The notes beneath the pieces were generated by a model that saw nothing but the letters and a program-made list of their open reading frames with translations, had not been told where the DNA came from and ran no database searches. The position numbers and the translations under genes were made by a program. Positions 46,221 to 56,006 of a DNA stretch of 64,000 nucleotides are shown one piece after another (the first letter of the stretch is position 1; each line of letters opens with the position of its first letter). The stretch lies in assembly GCA_016432325.1 (NCBI GenBank), contig CP066684.1, forward strand, positions 128,001 through 192,000. Direction: 5' to 3'. This stretch comes from Candidatus Aenigmatarchaeota archaeon (lineage in GTDB: Archaea; Aenigmatarchaeota; Aenigmatarchaeia; PWEA01; JACQIF01).

Positions 46221-46880
46221 GCCGGCGCGCTTCATCGAATCGACCACCATGTTTATGTTGTACGGGACGCGGTGAAAGTTGAGCTGGCGCGTTTCGGTGT
46301 CGAGGAACACATAGCATGCCCGCGCGTCCTTGTCTCTAGGCGCACCGACAGAGCCGACGTTCACCAGCAGTTTGTCTTCCCACTGGCGCACGAAAGGCAT
46401 GTGCGTGTGGCACGTAAGGATTATGTCCGCGCGCGTGCGCTCGAACATAGTCTGCATCTGCGCGGACGTGACGTTTGCATAGACCTCCCCCGTCTTCAGG
46501 TTTTCCGGAGAGCCGTGCACGAGCAGTACTTCCAGTCCGTCGCTCTTCAGGCCGACGTATTCTTCCATCTTCTCCAAGAAGCGCCTGTTTTCCGGTGTAA
46601 GCGTGCGTGACGTCCATTCGAGAGTCTGGGCGGCCTCGGTATCCATGTTTGCGACGTCGTTTTCAATGATCGCGCGGTCGTGATCGCCTTTGACGGCAAG
46701 CAGTTTCCGCATGCTTCTCAAAATCGTGCAGACATCGTTCGGGTTGGGTCCTATTCCGACGGCGTCCCCTCCGAAGAGGTAGAAGTTAATCGCCGGCCCG
46801 TAGGTGATGTTTGCGTGGTCCATTACGGCGCGGAGCGCGGCGTGGTTGGCGTGGACGTCGGCGAAAGCAATGTATTTCAT
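46179..46880 (-). CDS. Calcineurin-like metallophosphoesterase
   Basis: ADVHAN..AL, GDAVG, GDHD, VHGSP, HTH.P, NVGSVG.PRD. Confidence 0.92.
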   Translation of the reverse strand: MKYIAFADVHANHAALRAVMDHANITYGPAINFYLFGGDAVGIGPNPNDVCTILRSMRKLLAVKGDHDRAIIENDVANMDTEAAQTLEWTSRTLTPENRRFLEKMEEYVGLKSDGLEVLLVHGSPENLKTGEVYANVTSAQMQTMFERTRADIILTCHTHMPFVRQWEDKLLVNVGSVGAPRDKDARACYVFLDTETRQLNFHRVPYNINMVVDSMKRAGLPSSLAERLYYGW

Positions 46881-46929
46881 GGTTTAAGTTAAGGAATGCG
46901 GATAAAAATACGTTTAGCGGTGTGATTGT

Positions 46930-47715
46930 ATGGAGCAGCGTGTGAAGATTCCGGGTTCGTATGACGTCGTGGGAGACATAGCAATAATTGAGCTGTCTGA
47001 CGCGGCTATGCCCCAGCGCCGCAAGATAGCGAACGCTCTGATGGAGAGGCACAAGAACATACGCACGGTTCTTCTGAAACTTGCGGGGCGCAAAGGAACG
47101 TACCGCGTGCGCGGTTACGAGCATCTGGCCGGGCAAAGGAAGACGCGTACGACGCACGCGGAGAGCGGTTGCAGGTTCGCCGTGGACGTCGCGCGTGCGT
47201 ATTTTTCCGTGCGCGAAGGCTCCGAACGTTTGCGCATCGCGCGTTACGTTAAAGACAAGGAACGCGTTCTTGTGATGTTCGCCGGCGTCGGCCCGTATGC
47301 CATAATAATAGCCAAGCAGAAGGACGCCGAGGTCTGCGCGATAGAGATGAATCCCGTGGCCTGTTCATCGATGCAGGCGAACGTGAGAACGAACAAGGTC
47401 ATGCACCGCGTCTTCCCGTATTGCGGCGACGTCCGTACGATAGCGCCGAAGCTCGGCCTCTTCGACCGCGTGGTGATGCCTCTTCCGAAAGAGGGCTACA
47501 TGTATCTGGATGTCGCGCTGCGCGTGCTCAAGAAAGGCGGTATCGTCCACTTCTATTCCGTCGAGCCGAAAGAAGACCTGTGGAAGAATCCGTTGGAGCA
47601 GTTGACGCGCGCGGCCCAGAAGGCGACGCGCCGCGTTCACATTCTGGACAAGCACATCGTTCTTCCTTACGCGCCGCGCGTGTACAAGGTGTGTGTGGAC
47701 GCGAGGGTGGACTAA
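46930..47715 (+). CDS. Trm5/TYW2-family tRNA methyltransferase
   Basis: SYDVVGDIA, T.H.ESG, ER.RI, MFAGVGPY, IEMNP, DRVVMPLP. Confidence 0.9.
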   Translation: MEQRVKIPGSYDVVGDIAIIELSDAAMPQRRKIANALMERHKNIRTVLLKLAGRKGTYRVRGYEHLAGQRKTRTTHAESGCRFAVDVARAYFSVREGSERLRIARYVKDKERVLVMFAGVGPYAIIIAKQKDAEVCAIEMNPVACSSMQANVRTNKVMHRVFPYCGDVRTIAPKLGLFDRVVMPLPKEGYMYLDVALRVLKKGGIVHFYSVEPKEDLWKNPLEQLTRAAQKATRRVHILDKHIVLPYAPRVYKVCVDARVD

Positions 47716-47746
47716 ACCTATTTAAGGATAATCGGAGTTCCTTCTG

Positions 47747-48012
47747 TGGGATAGGCCGGGGGAGCTAGGGGTCCCTTGCAAGCGCAAACCCTCTACAGCG
47801 CGGCCGAAAAGCCTGGAGAGGTCCGGTTGTACGGCAGGCCTCAGGAACTGACTGAGAAGTCCTGTCCTTCTGGAGCGCTTCAGGCGCGAACCTGGTCAGG
47901 CCCGGAAGGGAGCAGCCATAAGCGTCTGCAACGCTGTTAGAAGGGTAGCAGGATGGAGAAGGCTTCTGGGACAACCTTCCGTGTGACCAAAGATCCATCC
48001 AGGCGAATCCCA
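47747..48012 (+). ncRNA. ffs: Archaeal SRP (7S) RNA
   Basis: Helix-8 signature GTCAGGCCCGGAAGGGAGCAGC; terminal TGGGAT/ATCCCA pairing; TTTAAG TATA about 25 nt upstream. Confidence 0.93.
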
Positions 48013-48034
48013 TCAATCTATACGTTGGATTATC

Positions 48035-48565
48035 TTATCGCTTCCTAAGTCGATACGCTGTGTAAATCGTTATCGCCAATCCGGCACCAATACCGGCGGC
48101 GACAAGCCCGCGGGACCACCACTCGTCCGGCAACCCATCGGCCAGCTTGTTCATCAGATCCGGATACCGATCGTGGAAGTCAGTAAGGGCCTGTTTAGAA
48201 CCTTCTATTACCCCGTCCACATCGAAAAGATCGGGCCTTATATACCGTTCAACGCCGTGCACAATAGACTCTGCGAACTCACCGGTCTCGGCGTCCGTCA
48301 GGACTCCGTCGGCCAACTTGCGTTCCACGAGGTCTCCTTCAAACTCTGGCGTATTATAAACCGCAACACGTGCACCGAGATGTGTCAGAGGGCTGTTGCC
48401 TACCACAACGTCCGCAACCCTGATTCTCAAATCATCGTTGACCGCGTCGCCGAGGACGCTTGCGTCGGTAGGAAAGACGGTCGGAGATGCGATGCCACCA
48501 ACCGCTCCGAGTATTGCACCAGAGACGGTCGAATTTCGCAGGGCATTCTTCTCTATTTTGGCCAT
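48035..48565 (-). CDS. Hypothetical protein with N- and C-terminal hydrophobic segments
   Basis: TATA upstream of ATG 48565; C-terminal TM and basic tail. Confidence 0.6.
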   Translation of the reverse strand: MAKIEKNALRNSTVSGAILGAVGGIASPTVFPTDASVLGDAVNDDLRIRVADVVVGNSPLTHLGARVAVYNTPEFEGDLVERKLADGVLTDAETGEFAESIVHGVERYIRPDLFDVDGVIEGSKQALTDFHDRYPDLMNKLADGLPDEWWSRGLVAAGIGAGLAITIYTAYRLRKR

Positions 48566-48673
48566 ACGCACTATAGGAACCGCAATCTTTAAATTCGCAT
48601 TTCGACTTCTCTTGCGCAGATACAACAGTATCCCATTTATTAATCTGGTTCTATACACGGTATGCGTGGTCCA

Positions 48674-49423
48674 ATGAACATCAAATCTTCCGAAGTGCTC
48701 GGCCTTCTCGTGCTCGTGCTGGCCATAGGAATCGCTTCCGGGTACTCGATGGCTCAGCCCCAGTTCGCCCAGCTTGCGCCCTTTCAGGCAGACGGTGCCG
48801 GCACGATCTCAGAGGCCCATACGAGTCTCGTGGCCGTTGACAAGGCGGGACACGGCGTCGTCACAGGACTGGACGTGAAGACCGTTCCAGGCAGCGGACG
48901 CATACTCGTTGACATAGACAGCCTCATATTCTTCGTCGATACGCAGCAGTCGATACAGACGGCGCGCGAAGTCGCAGAGGACTATCTGAACACAAACGTC
49001 ACGGACCGCGACATAGTATACACTATTAAAATAGAAAACAGCAGCATCGTCGGCGGAGAGAGCGCTGGCGGAGCGCTGACCGTTGCGACCATCGCCGCGC
49101 TTACTGGGAAACCTCTCAGAGGCGATACTGTCATGACAGGCACCGTAAACCAGGACGGAACAATCGGCAAGATAGGAGGGTTGGAGGAAAAGGCCAGAGC
49201 GGCGAAAGAGGCCGGCTACTCGGTTCTCCTTGTGCCTGCAGGGCAGGGAGCGCAGACGACTGTCGAGAAGATGAGAACGTGCGAGAGGGTCGGCAGGTCG
49301 ACCGTTTGCACCGTTGCGTTCAAACAGAACAACGTGAGCATCGGGGAAGACATAGGCATCACGGTGGTAGAGGTCGCGAACATACAGGATGTCGTTGACC
49401 ACTTCTTGAGCGAGGGAATATGA
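48674..49423 (+). CDS. Membrane-anchored Lon-type (S16) protease domain without ATPase
   Basis: GGESAGGA (Ser), MTGT...DG.IG.IGGLEEK (Lys). Confidence 0.88.
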   Translation: MNIKSSEVLGLLVLVLAIGIASGYSMAQPQFAQLAPFQADGAGTISEAHTSLVAVDKAGHGVVTGLDVKTVPGSGRILVDIDSLIFFVDTQQSIQTAREVAEDYLNTNVTDRDIVYTIKIENSSIVGGESAGGALTVATIAALTGKPLRGDTVMTGTVNQDGTIGKIGGLEEKARAAKEAGYSVLLVPAGQGAQTTVEKMRTCERVGRSTVCTVAFKQNNVSIGEDIGITVVEVANIQDVVDHFLSEGI

Positions 49424-50028
49424 TAACCATTGTGGGAACGTCACACGTCTCTCCGGAGAGCGGGAAGGCCGTATCAAAGTCAATGAAGAACAAGGACTGC
49501 GTGTGCGTCGAACTGGACGCCCTGAGATACCACGCGATTACGACGAACGAGAAAAGGCAGCCTCCCGGAATCTTTCTGAAAGTCCTGCACTTCATACAGC
49601 AGCGCCTCGGCAAGGCTACGGGAACGGCTCCCGGGGATGACATGATATCTGCGGTAAAGGCGGGGCAGGAGGCGGGGATACCGGTCTATCTTATAGACCA
49701 GGACTTCCGGGTTACCCTTTCAAAGCTCAGGGGCGTGCCGCTTATGGAAAAACTGGCCGTGTTCGTTCCTATCTTCCTGACGCCCTTGAAGTTCGACCTG
49801 TCCAAGATACCCGAAAAGCGCGTTGTCGATTCGGCGCTTGGCATGTTGCGCAAAACCGCGCCTCGCATGCATAACGTGCTCGTCACCGAAAGAAACGCAT
49901 ACATGGCCGCGCAGATAACGCGCATCGCGCAGAAACACAAGAACGTCCTTGTCGTCGTCGGCGCGGGCCACGCGGCGGGTCTCCAAAAGCTATTAAAGTC
50001 GGCGGGCCTCAGGGTTAGAGTGGTATAA
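49420..50028 (+). CDS. TraB/PrgY-family protein
   Basis: IVGTSHVS, VCVELD, PG.DM, LIDQD, ERN.YM, VVGAGH. Confidence 0.9.
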   Translation: MITIVGTSHVSPESGKAVSKSMKNKDCVCVELDALRYHAITTNEKRQPPGIFLKVLHFIQQRLGKATGTAPGDDMISAVKAGQEAGIPVYLIDQDFRVTLSKLRGVPLMEKLAVFVPIFLTPLKFDLSKIPEKRVVDSALGMLRKTAPRMHNVLVTERNAYMAAQITRIAQKHKNVLVVVGAGHAAGLQKLLKSAGLRVRVV

Positions 50029-50615
50029 TGAGTTTTTCCCAAACGGAGATCAGGGACATTGCAGTATCTACCATAGTCCTGGCAATGGCATTTGGTTACG
50101 GTCTGATACAGGAGCTCGGGCCTTATGCAGGGCTTTCCATAGCTTTTGTCGTTGTCGGCATCGGGTTTCTCGCGCACGAGCTGATGCACCGCGCTGCCGC
50201 GCACCGCTTCGGCGCGGTCGCCGAGTATCGCGCCTACCCGTTCGGACTTTTGCTGGCGCTCGTCCTTTCCGTGGCGTCAGGCGGCGGCTTCGTCTTCGCG
50301 GCTCCGGGAGCCGTATACATCTCGCACCACAAAACCGGTCGCTGGCACCGCTCGATGGACGAGAGAATAAGCGTTGAAGAGAGCGGCGTCATCTCTCTCG
50401 CAGGGCCCTTGACGAACATCGCGCTGGCCGTTGCATTCCTGGCGCTCAACGCGCTTGTTCCCTTCTCAATCTTCAAGATAGCCGCGCAGGTTAACGCGTT
50501 CCTGGCGCTGTTCAATCTCCTGCCTTTCCATCCGCTGGACGGCGGGAAGATATTCCTATGGGACAGGAAGGTATGGGCATTCGCGTTTATCGCGGCCGCG
50601 ATAGGGTGGCTCTAA
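50028..50615 (+). CDS. Site-2 (M50) membrane metalloprotease
   Basis: HELMH, AGPLTN, FNLLP..PLDG. Confidence 0.93.
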   Translation: MSFSQTEIRDIAVSTIVLAMAFGYGLIQELGPYAGLSIAFVVVGIGFLAHELMHRAAAHRFGAVAEYRAYPFGLLLALVLSVASGGGFVFAAPGAVYISHHKTGRWHRSMDERISVEESGVISLAGPLTNIALAVAFLALNALVPFSIFKIAAQVNAFLALFNLLPFHPLDGGKIFLWDRKVWAFAFIAAAIGWL

Positions 50616-50616
50616 C

Positions 50617-50741
50617 TTTATATCGCGCCTCACCCATTTCTTCGCATGAAGTTTACCGCTCAGAGAGCCAAGAGGGACCGGTAAATGCATGAAACTGCGG
50701 TTTCATATTTACTTCGCAGAGATATGGGAGGTGCTCGGTAA
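50617..50741 (+). promoter_or_regulatory. TATA box and structured leader with two tandem uORFs in frame with the HerA-like gene
   Basis: TTTATAT at 50617; uORFs 50646-50684 and 50685-50741, each ending CGG TAA and followed by ATG. Confidence 0.55.
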
Positions 50742-52034
50742 ATGCCCGTCCGTCCAATAGTCATCGGCAGAGACGAAGAGGACGCGAAGCGTTTTGGCGA
50801 ACTGGGCACGATCACCCTCGGCAAGCACATCGTCGGCACAGGCGAGGACGCGCATCTCACGAACACGATAGTGATGGACGTCGCGCGTCCGCACGTGATG
50901 CTCGTTCTGGGCAAGCGCGGCCAGGGCAAGTCCTACACGCTCGCGACCATAGCAGAAGGCGTAACAGAGCTGCCTAAGGATATCCGCTCGAACCTCTCTG
51001 TCGTGATAATCGATACCATGGGAATCTTCTGGTCCATGAAAAATCCGAACGAAAAACAGGTCGAACTCCTCGCCGCGTGGGGTCTTCAACCCAAGGCTTT
51101 CGACGTTACGGTTTACGTGCCGCACGGCCACAAGGATTTCTTCCATAAGGAGGGCATCCCTTACGACGGGACGTACGCTTTGAATCCGTCTGACCTTACT
51201 CCAGAGGACTGGGCGCTGTCTTTCGAACTGTCTCTGATAGACCCGACTGGCATACTTCTCGATCGTGTCGTGCGCAAGCTGAAAGAGAGCGGCAGCTATG
51301 GAATCGACGACATCATAGAAGCCGTAGACGCGGACAGGCGGGCCGAGCCGAAAGTCAAGGAAGCCCTGCAGAACCGCCTGCTTTCGGCAAAGGAGTGGGG
51401 TCTCTTCTCGTCGCGCGGCACGCCGATAGAGGAGCTCCTGCAGCCCGGCAAGGTTTCTATAATCGACACGTCGCTCTTCAGCCAGCTCGGGGAAGGATGG
51501 AGCGTGCGCTCGCTTCTTGTGGGTTTGGTGGCTCGTCGCATATACGAAGCCCGCATCGCCGCCCGCAGGCGCGAGGAGACAGAACTGATCACCGGTACGG
51601 TCGCCAAGAAGAAGATTCCTTTGACGTGGTTGATGATAGACGAGGCGCACCAGTTCCTGCCGGCGGACGGACGTACAGCGGCCACTGAAGCGCTGCTCTC
51701 TCTCGTGAAGCAGGGCCGCCAGCCCGGCATTTCCTGCGTGTTCGCCACTCAACGCCCGAACAAGCTTCACGAGGACGCGATATCGCAGGCCGACCTCGTG
51801 CTCACGCACCGCCTGACAGTAAAGGCGGACATCGATGCGCTGCGCAGCATCATGCAGACGTACGTTCTTTTCGACATCACGAAATATCTCAATGAACTGC
51901 CTCGCGAGAAAGGTGTGGCGCTTGTGCTGGACGACAATTCGGAACGCCTGTTTACGTTGAAGGTAAAACCGCGCCAGTCATGGCATGCAGGCGACACGCC
52001 GATAGCGCTGAGAGTGAAGGAAGGGCTGGTTTAG
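50742..52034 (+). CDS. HerA/FtsK-like ATPase (DUF87)
   Basis: GKRGQGKSY, IIDTMG, IDEAH, QGRQPG, ATQRP. Confidence 0.9.
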   Translation: MPVRPIVIGRDEEDAKRFGELGTITLGKHIVGTGEDAHLTNTIVMDVARPHVMLVLGKRGQGKSYTLATIAEGVTELPKDIRSNLSVVIIDTMGIFWSMKNPNEKQVELLAAWGLQPKAFDVTVYVPHGHKDFFHKEGIPYDGTYALNPSDLTPEDWALSFELSLIDPTGILLDRVVRKLKESGSYGIDDIIEAVDADRRAEPKVKEALQNRLLSAKEWGLFSSRGTPIEELLQPGKVSIIDTSLFSQLGEGWSVRSLLVGLVARRIYEARIAARRREETELITGTVAKKKIPLTWLMIDEAHQFLPADGRTAATEALLSLVKQGRQPGISCVFATQRPNKLHEDAISQADLVLTHRLTVKADIDALRSIMQTYVLFDITKYLNELPREKGVALVLDDNSERLFTLKVKPRQSWHAGDTPIALRVKEGLV

Positions 52035-53410
52035 CATTGGTACTTCGCTAATTTCGCGGCGAGTCCGGTGTAATTGCGCGGGGTTATCGCGTGCATCTTC
52101 GCCTTGGCCTCTTTTGAAATGTCAAGACCTTCTATGAAGTTGTGAATATCAACAGCCGTTATCTCCTTGCCGCGCGACATTCCCTTGAGCAGGTCGTACG
52201 CGTCGTCCCTTCCCTCCCTGCGAAGAATTGTTTGAAGGGCTTCCGTAACTACTTCAGGATGCGCGTCCAGTTCAGCCAATATCTTTGGTTCGTTGATGGT
52301 TATCTTCCCGAGGCCTTCCAGCATAGAGTCCCAGCCCAACCCTGTAGCACCGAGAGCTGGCCCGGCAAATCTCATGGTGACGCTGTCGGACAGGTCACGC
52401 TGGAGGCGCGATATCTGGAGTTTTTCACTGAGCCCTTTAAGAATCCAATTCGACGCGGTGAAAGCGCCCTCCGCCCTCTCGAATCTAATCGGATTTACCT
52501 TGTGAGGCATTGTGGAGGATCCGGTCTCTCCTTCTTTCGACTTCAATCCTACCCAATGGTCGCTGATGTAGCGCCACATGTCCTGCGCGTAGTTTATGCC
52601 GACGCGGTTGAGTCTGGCTACGTTGTCGAACACGCCTGCGAGGTTGTCGTGGGGCTCTATTTGGGTTGTCACGTAGTTCGGCACGAACTTGATCTTTTTG
52701 CCAGTCCCCAGTTCGTCCACGAAGTTGCGCGTGAAGCCCATCCAGTCCACATTCGGGTACGCTGCGACGTGCGCGTCGTAGCCCCCTGTCGCGCCGTTGA
52801 GCTTTACGGAAAGACGCGTCTCCTCGAGTTGCTTTAACTCGCTCTCCATGCGCCTGGCGAACACGTTGAACTCCTTGCCGACCGTCGTTGGTGAAGCAGG
52901 TTGGCCGTGCGTGCGCGCAAGCATCGGAAGGTCGGCGTACCTAACAGCAAACGATTCGGTTTCTTTTAGAACGTTGTGGGCCGCGGGAATTATGGCCTTC
53001 TCCAGAGCATCGCCGACCATGAGAGCGTAAGACGTGTTATTCACGTCTTCGGATGTCAGGCCGAAATGAAGCCAGCTCGTTACATCGGCCAAGGACGTCT
53101 TCTTGAGCCGCTCGCGCATGAACGTTTCGACGGCCTTGACGTCGTGGTCTGACACGGCTTCCAGTTCCTTGATTCTTCTGGAGTCGTCCAACGAGAGCTC
53201 TGCCAACGACATGAGCCGCTCGCACTCTTCTGGTGAGAATTCCCTCAAATCGGTCTGCGGGTGCTCGGATAGCCTTATCAAATATTCGGCTTCAACGCGT
53301 GTTCTGTAGCTTTGCAAACCCTTCTCGGAGAATATATTCCTCACTTTGGCGACAGTAGGTTTGTCAGCGTAGCGGCCGTCGAGAGGATCGAGCATTTCCA
53401 AAGAATGCAT
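52031..53410 (-). CDS. purB: Adenylosuccinate lyase
   Basis: PLDGRY, HDVKAVE, HFGLTSED, ARTHGQPA.PT, GSSTMPHKVNP. Confidence 0.96.
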   Translation of the reverse strand: MHSLEMLDPLDGRYADKPTVAKVRNIFSEKGLQSYRTRVEAEYLIRLSEHPQTDLREFSPEECERLMSLAELSLDDSRRIKELEAVSDHDVKAVETFMRERLKKTSLADVTSWLHFGLTSEDVNNTSYALMVGDALEKAIIPAAHNVLKETESFAVRYADLPMLARTHGQPASPTTVGKEFNVFARRMESELKQLEETRLSVKLNGATGGYDAHVAAYPNVDWMGFTRNFVDELGTGKKIKFVPNYVTTQIEPHDNLAGVFDNVARLNRVGINYAQDMWRYISDHWVGLKSKEGETGSSTMPHKVNPIRFERAEGAFTASNWILKGLSEKLQISRLQRDLSDSVTMRFAGPALGATGLGWDSMLEGLGKITINEPKILAELDAHPEVVTEALQTILRREGRDDAYDLLKGMSRGKEITAVDIHNFIEGLDISKEAKAKMHAITPRNYTGLAAKLAKYQC

Positions 53411-53537
53411 GAGTCCTTACTGCTCACAAAAACTATAAATAAGCCTCAAGCGCGCGTACTTCGGTAAACAATTGTAAGCCCGAACAGCAAAACACAAGCT
53501 TAAAAGCGTGTGTTGCGTTATTCGCACAGGTAATTTC

Positions 53538-54062
53538 ATGTCAATAGCGGCTTCAGCGTACCAAGGAGATAAGAACATCGGACTCTGCGCAGACGTCGTG
53601 CGCGCGATGCAGAACACTCTTGATAACTATCTGGCGCAGCCTGTTGCGACCGTTGAATATGACACTATAGAGAAAGGAGGACCTGTGCACAAGACGCACG
53701 ATATAGAAACCCGCAGGGACGCCCTCATCTATGACCTTCAGACAGAGAATTTTGAGAACGATATGCCGCAAACTGAGTTCGGATGGAGATACGGTCTTGT
53801 GGCCGCGGACGTCATCGGCAAGATGTTCACCGAAGCGACAGGCGGCGTGCATAGAAATCCCTACGCGGTATTGAGACACTCGATGGCAGGTCAATGCAGG
53901 GAAGCTTTGTTGGAAACGGCCGGCCACGTGGGATTGCACTTCCGCGAGGCCATGGAAAACGTTCTCGAAAATCAGGATGCGTACGCTCACGTCGTGGACG
54001 TCTACCGAGACTCGTTGAGACCAAAACACTCGCGGCATCCCATAAAGGATAAGGGTAAATAG
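53538..54062 (+). CDS. Hypothetical protein
   Basis: 174-aa ORF with no recognised motif. Confidence 0.55.
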   Translation: MSIAASAYQGDKNIGLCADVVRAMQNTLDNYLAQPVATVEYDTIEKGGPVHKTHDIETRRDALIYDLQTENFENDMPQTEFGWRYGLVAADVIGKMFTEATGGVHRNPYAVLRHSMAGQCREALLETAGHVGLHFREAMENVLENQDAYAHVVDVYRDSLRPKHSRHPIKDKGK

Positions 54063-54082
54063 TACACTTGTCCAATCTTTCC

Positions 54083-55630
54083 ATGTTCGTGACTCATCCT
54101 CTGATTAAGCCCGAATCCGTCGAGCAGAGGCTCTATCAGGAGAACGTGCTCGCCACGGCCGTTTCCGCCAACACGCTGGTCGTGCTTCCGACAGGGCTCG
54201 GCAAAACGGCAGTAGCCGCGCTGCTCGCGGCGCACAGAATCAGCAAGAACGGCGGCAAGATTCTCGTACTCGCGCCGACGCGTCCGCTAGTCGAACAGCA
54301 CAAGCGTTCGTTCGCGCAGATCATGGAAGTCGCGGAAGGAGACATGGCCGTTTACACGGGGAAGATAGGACCCAAAGAGCGCAGGGAAGGCTACAAGAAT
54401 CACGTCATGATTTTCGCGACGCCGCAGGTTGTGCAGAACGATCTGATCGCAGGACGCCTCGACCTTTCGCAGTACACGCTTCTCGTGCTGGACGAATGCC
54501 ACCGCGGCATAGGAGACTACCCATATCCTTTCATAGCAGAGCTTTACATGCGTCGTGCGCACGCGCCGCGCATCCTCGGCCTTACGGCGTCTCCGGGCGC
54601 GACCAAGGAAAAGGTTGACGCAATATGCAAAGGCTTGCACATCGAGCGCGTTGAGATACGGACGGAAAGCGACGAGGATGTGCTTCCGTACGTGCAGAGC
54701 GTCCATACGCAGTGGATAGGCGTTGACCTGCCAAAGGAGTTTATCGAGGTGCAGGTGCTTCTCGACGAAGCACTCAAGCAGCGTTACGCGAAGCTGCGCG
54801 AGTGGGACTATCTCACAGGACCGTATGTGCGCAAGACCGACCTGCTTCGCCTGCAGATTCAGCTGAGAAAGGCCGCCGGCGGGCGGAAACCAGCGGCGTA
54901 TATTTTCTCCGCGATATCGCTCGTCGCCGAGGCGCTGAAGATAGAGCATGCGTTAGTTCTCCTGGAAACGCAGGGCGTGTCGCCGCTCCTGGAGTACTTC
55001 AAGCGCATGCGCGAGGCTGCGGAGAAGGGGAAAACAAAGGCCGTCAAACGCGTGATGCACGACGCGCGCATGGAAGCCGCGTTCCTGAAGACCTACGACC
55101 TCGTCGGTCGGCGCGTCGAGCATCCGAAACTGGCGGAGCTGCAGAAGATAGTCGAAAAGAAACTGAACGAGAATGATGGAACGAAGATAATCGTCTTCAC
55201 GCACTACCGCGATTCTGTCAAACAAGTTCTCAACACCCTGCGCGCTGTCAAGGGCTGCAAGCCTGTGGGTTTCGTCGGTCAGGCCGGGGACGGGGGTCTA
55301 GACCAGAGGACTCAGGTTGCAATTCTGCAGAAGTTCCGCGAGCTGCATTACAACGTTCTCGTTTGCACGTCAGTGGGAGAGGAAGGGCTGGACGTGCCGG
55401 CCGTCGATACGGTCGTCTTCTACGAGCCCGTGCCGTCGGAGATACGCTCGATTCAGAGGCGCGGTCGCACAGGCCGCCAGAAGGCCGGAGAGGTCGTGAT
55501 TCTGATGGCGCGCGACACCAGAGACGAAGGAATCTTCTGGTCCGCGCAGCACAAGGAGAAGAAGATGAAAGCGCTGCTCAAGAATATGCAGGGTCGTTCG
55601 GTGCAGACGAGTTTGACGGAGCTATTTTAG
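54083..55630 (+). CDS. Hef/FANCM-type SF2 helicase (helicase part only)
   Basis: RLYQ, LPTGLGKT, DECH, TASPG, HPKL, SVGEEGLD, IQRRGRTGR, terminal PIP-like QTSLTELF. Confidence 0.93.
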   Translation: MFVTHPLIKPESVEQRLYQENVLATAVSANTLVVLPTGLGKTAVAALLAAHRISKNGGKILVLAPTRPLVEQHKRSFAQIMEVAEGDMAVYTGKIGPKERREGYKNHVMIFATPQVVQNDLIAGRLDLSQYTLLVLDECHRGIGDYPYPFIAELYMRRAHAPRILGLTASPGATKEKVDAICKGLHIERVEIRTESDEDVLPYVQSVHTQWIGVDLPKEFIEVQVLLDEALKQRYAKLREWDYLTGPYVRKTDLLRLQIQLRKAAGGRKPAAYIFSAISLVAEALKIEHALVLLETQGVSPLLEYFKRMREAAEKGKTKAVKRVMHDARMEAAFLKTYDLVGRRVEHPKLAELQKIVEKKLNENDGTKIIVFTHYRDSVKQVLNTLRAVKGCKPVGFVGQAGDGGLDQRTQVAILQKFRELHYNVLVCTSVGEEGLDVPAVDTVVFYEPVPSEIRSIQRRGRTGRQKAGEVVILMARDTRDEGIFWSAQHKEKKMKALLKNMQGRSVQTSLTELF

Positions 55631-55663
55631 TTTGTAGAGCTGTACCGGGAAAACCGCCAATAT

Positions 55664-55795
55664 TCAATCCGCCGCTTCCATCTCTGTCCCGCATCTGGGG
55701 CACTTGCCGGATGCGTGCTCAAGATGGCCGCATTTGGGACACTCGTAATGTCCTTTGTGATCGCCGGGCGTCTCGTCGATGAAGTCATCGGGCAT
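55664..55795 (-). CDS. 43-aa CPxCG zinc-finger microprotein (absent from ORF track)
   Basis: MPDDFIDETPGDHKGHYECPKCGHLEHASGKCPRCGTEMEAAD. Confidence 0.8.
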   Translation of the reverse strand: MPDDFIDETPGDHKGHYECPKCGHLEHASGKCPRCGTEMEAAD

Positions 55796-55801
55796 ACGCG
55801 T

Positions 55802-55936
55802 CTACTCTTCGCCTTCGAAGACTTCCTCTTCTGTATCTTCTTCCATGGTCTCTTCGTCCTTCTGCTCTACCATGGGCTTGCCGCAGTGCTTGCCCGTTTT
55901 CTCCGACTCGTATCCGCATTCGTTGCAGACGTACAT
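55802..55936 (-). CDS. 44-aa zinc-finger microprotein with acidic tail (absent from ORF track)
   Basis: MYVCNECGYESEKTGKHCGKPMVEQKDEETMEEDTEEEVFEGEE; AGGTGA SD. Confidence 0.8.
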   Translation of the reverse strand: MYVCNECGYESEKTGKHCGKPMVEQKDEETMEEDTEEEVFEGEE

Positions 55937-56006
55937 CGCATCACCTACGGCGTAAAGGGAGAACCAGAATATAAGGCTTTATAACGATTGGCGGGCGTCT
56001 ATCGTC

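Noticed and set aside
48013-48660. Integrated island at the SRP RNA 3' end
   Set aside because: Only one orphan gene; no integrase or att-like direct repeat seen
54871-54899. GC hairpin in the Hef helicase as another palindromic insertion
   Set aside because: Imperfect, almost all GC and lacking the family motifs; plausible by chance
55715-55984. 89-aa hydrophobic ORF on the + strand
   Set aside because: It is the antisense of the two zinc-finger microgenes, which have clear motifs and an SD before the first
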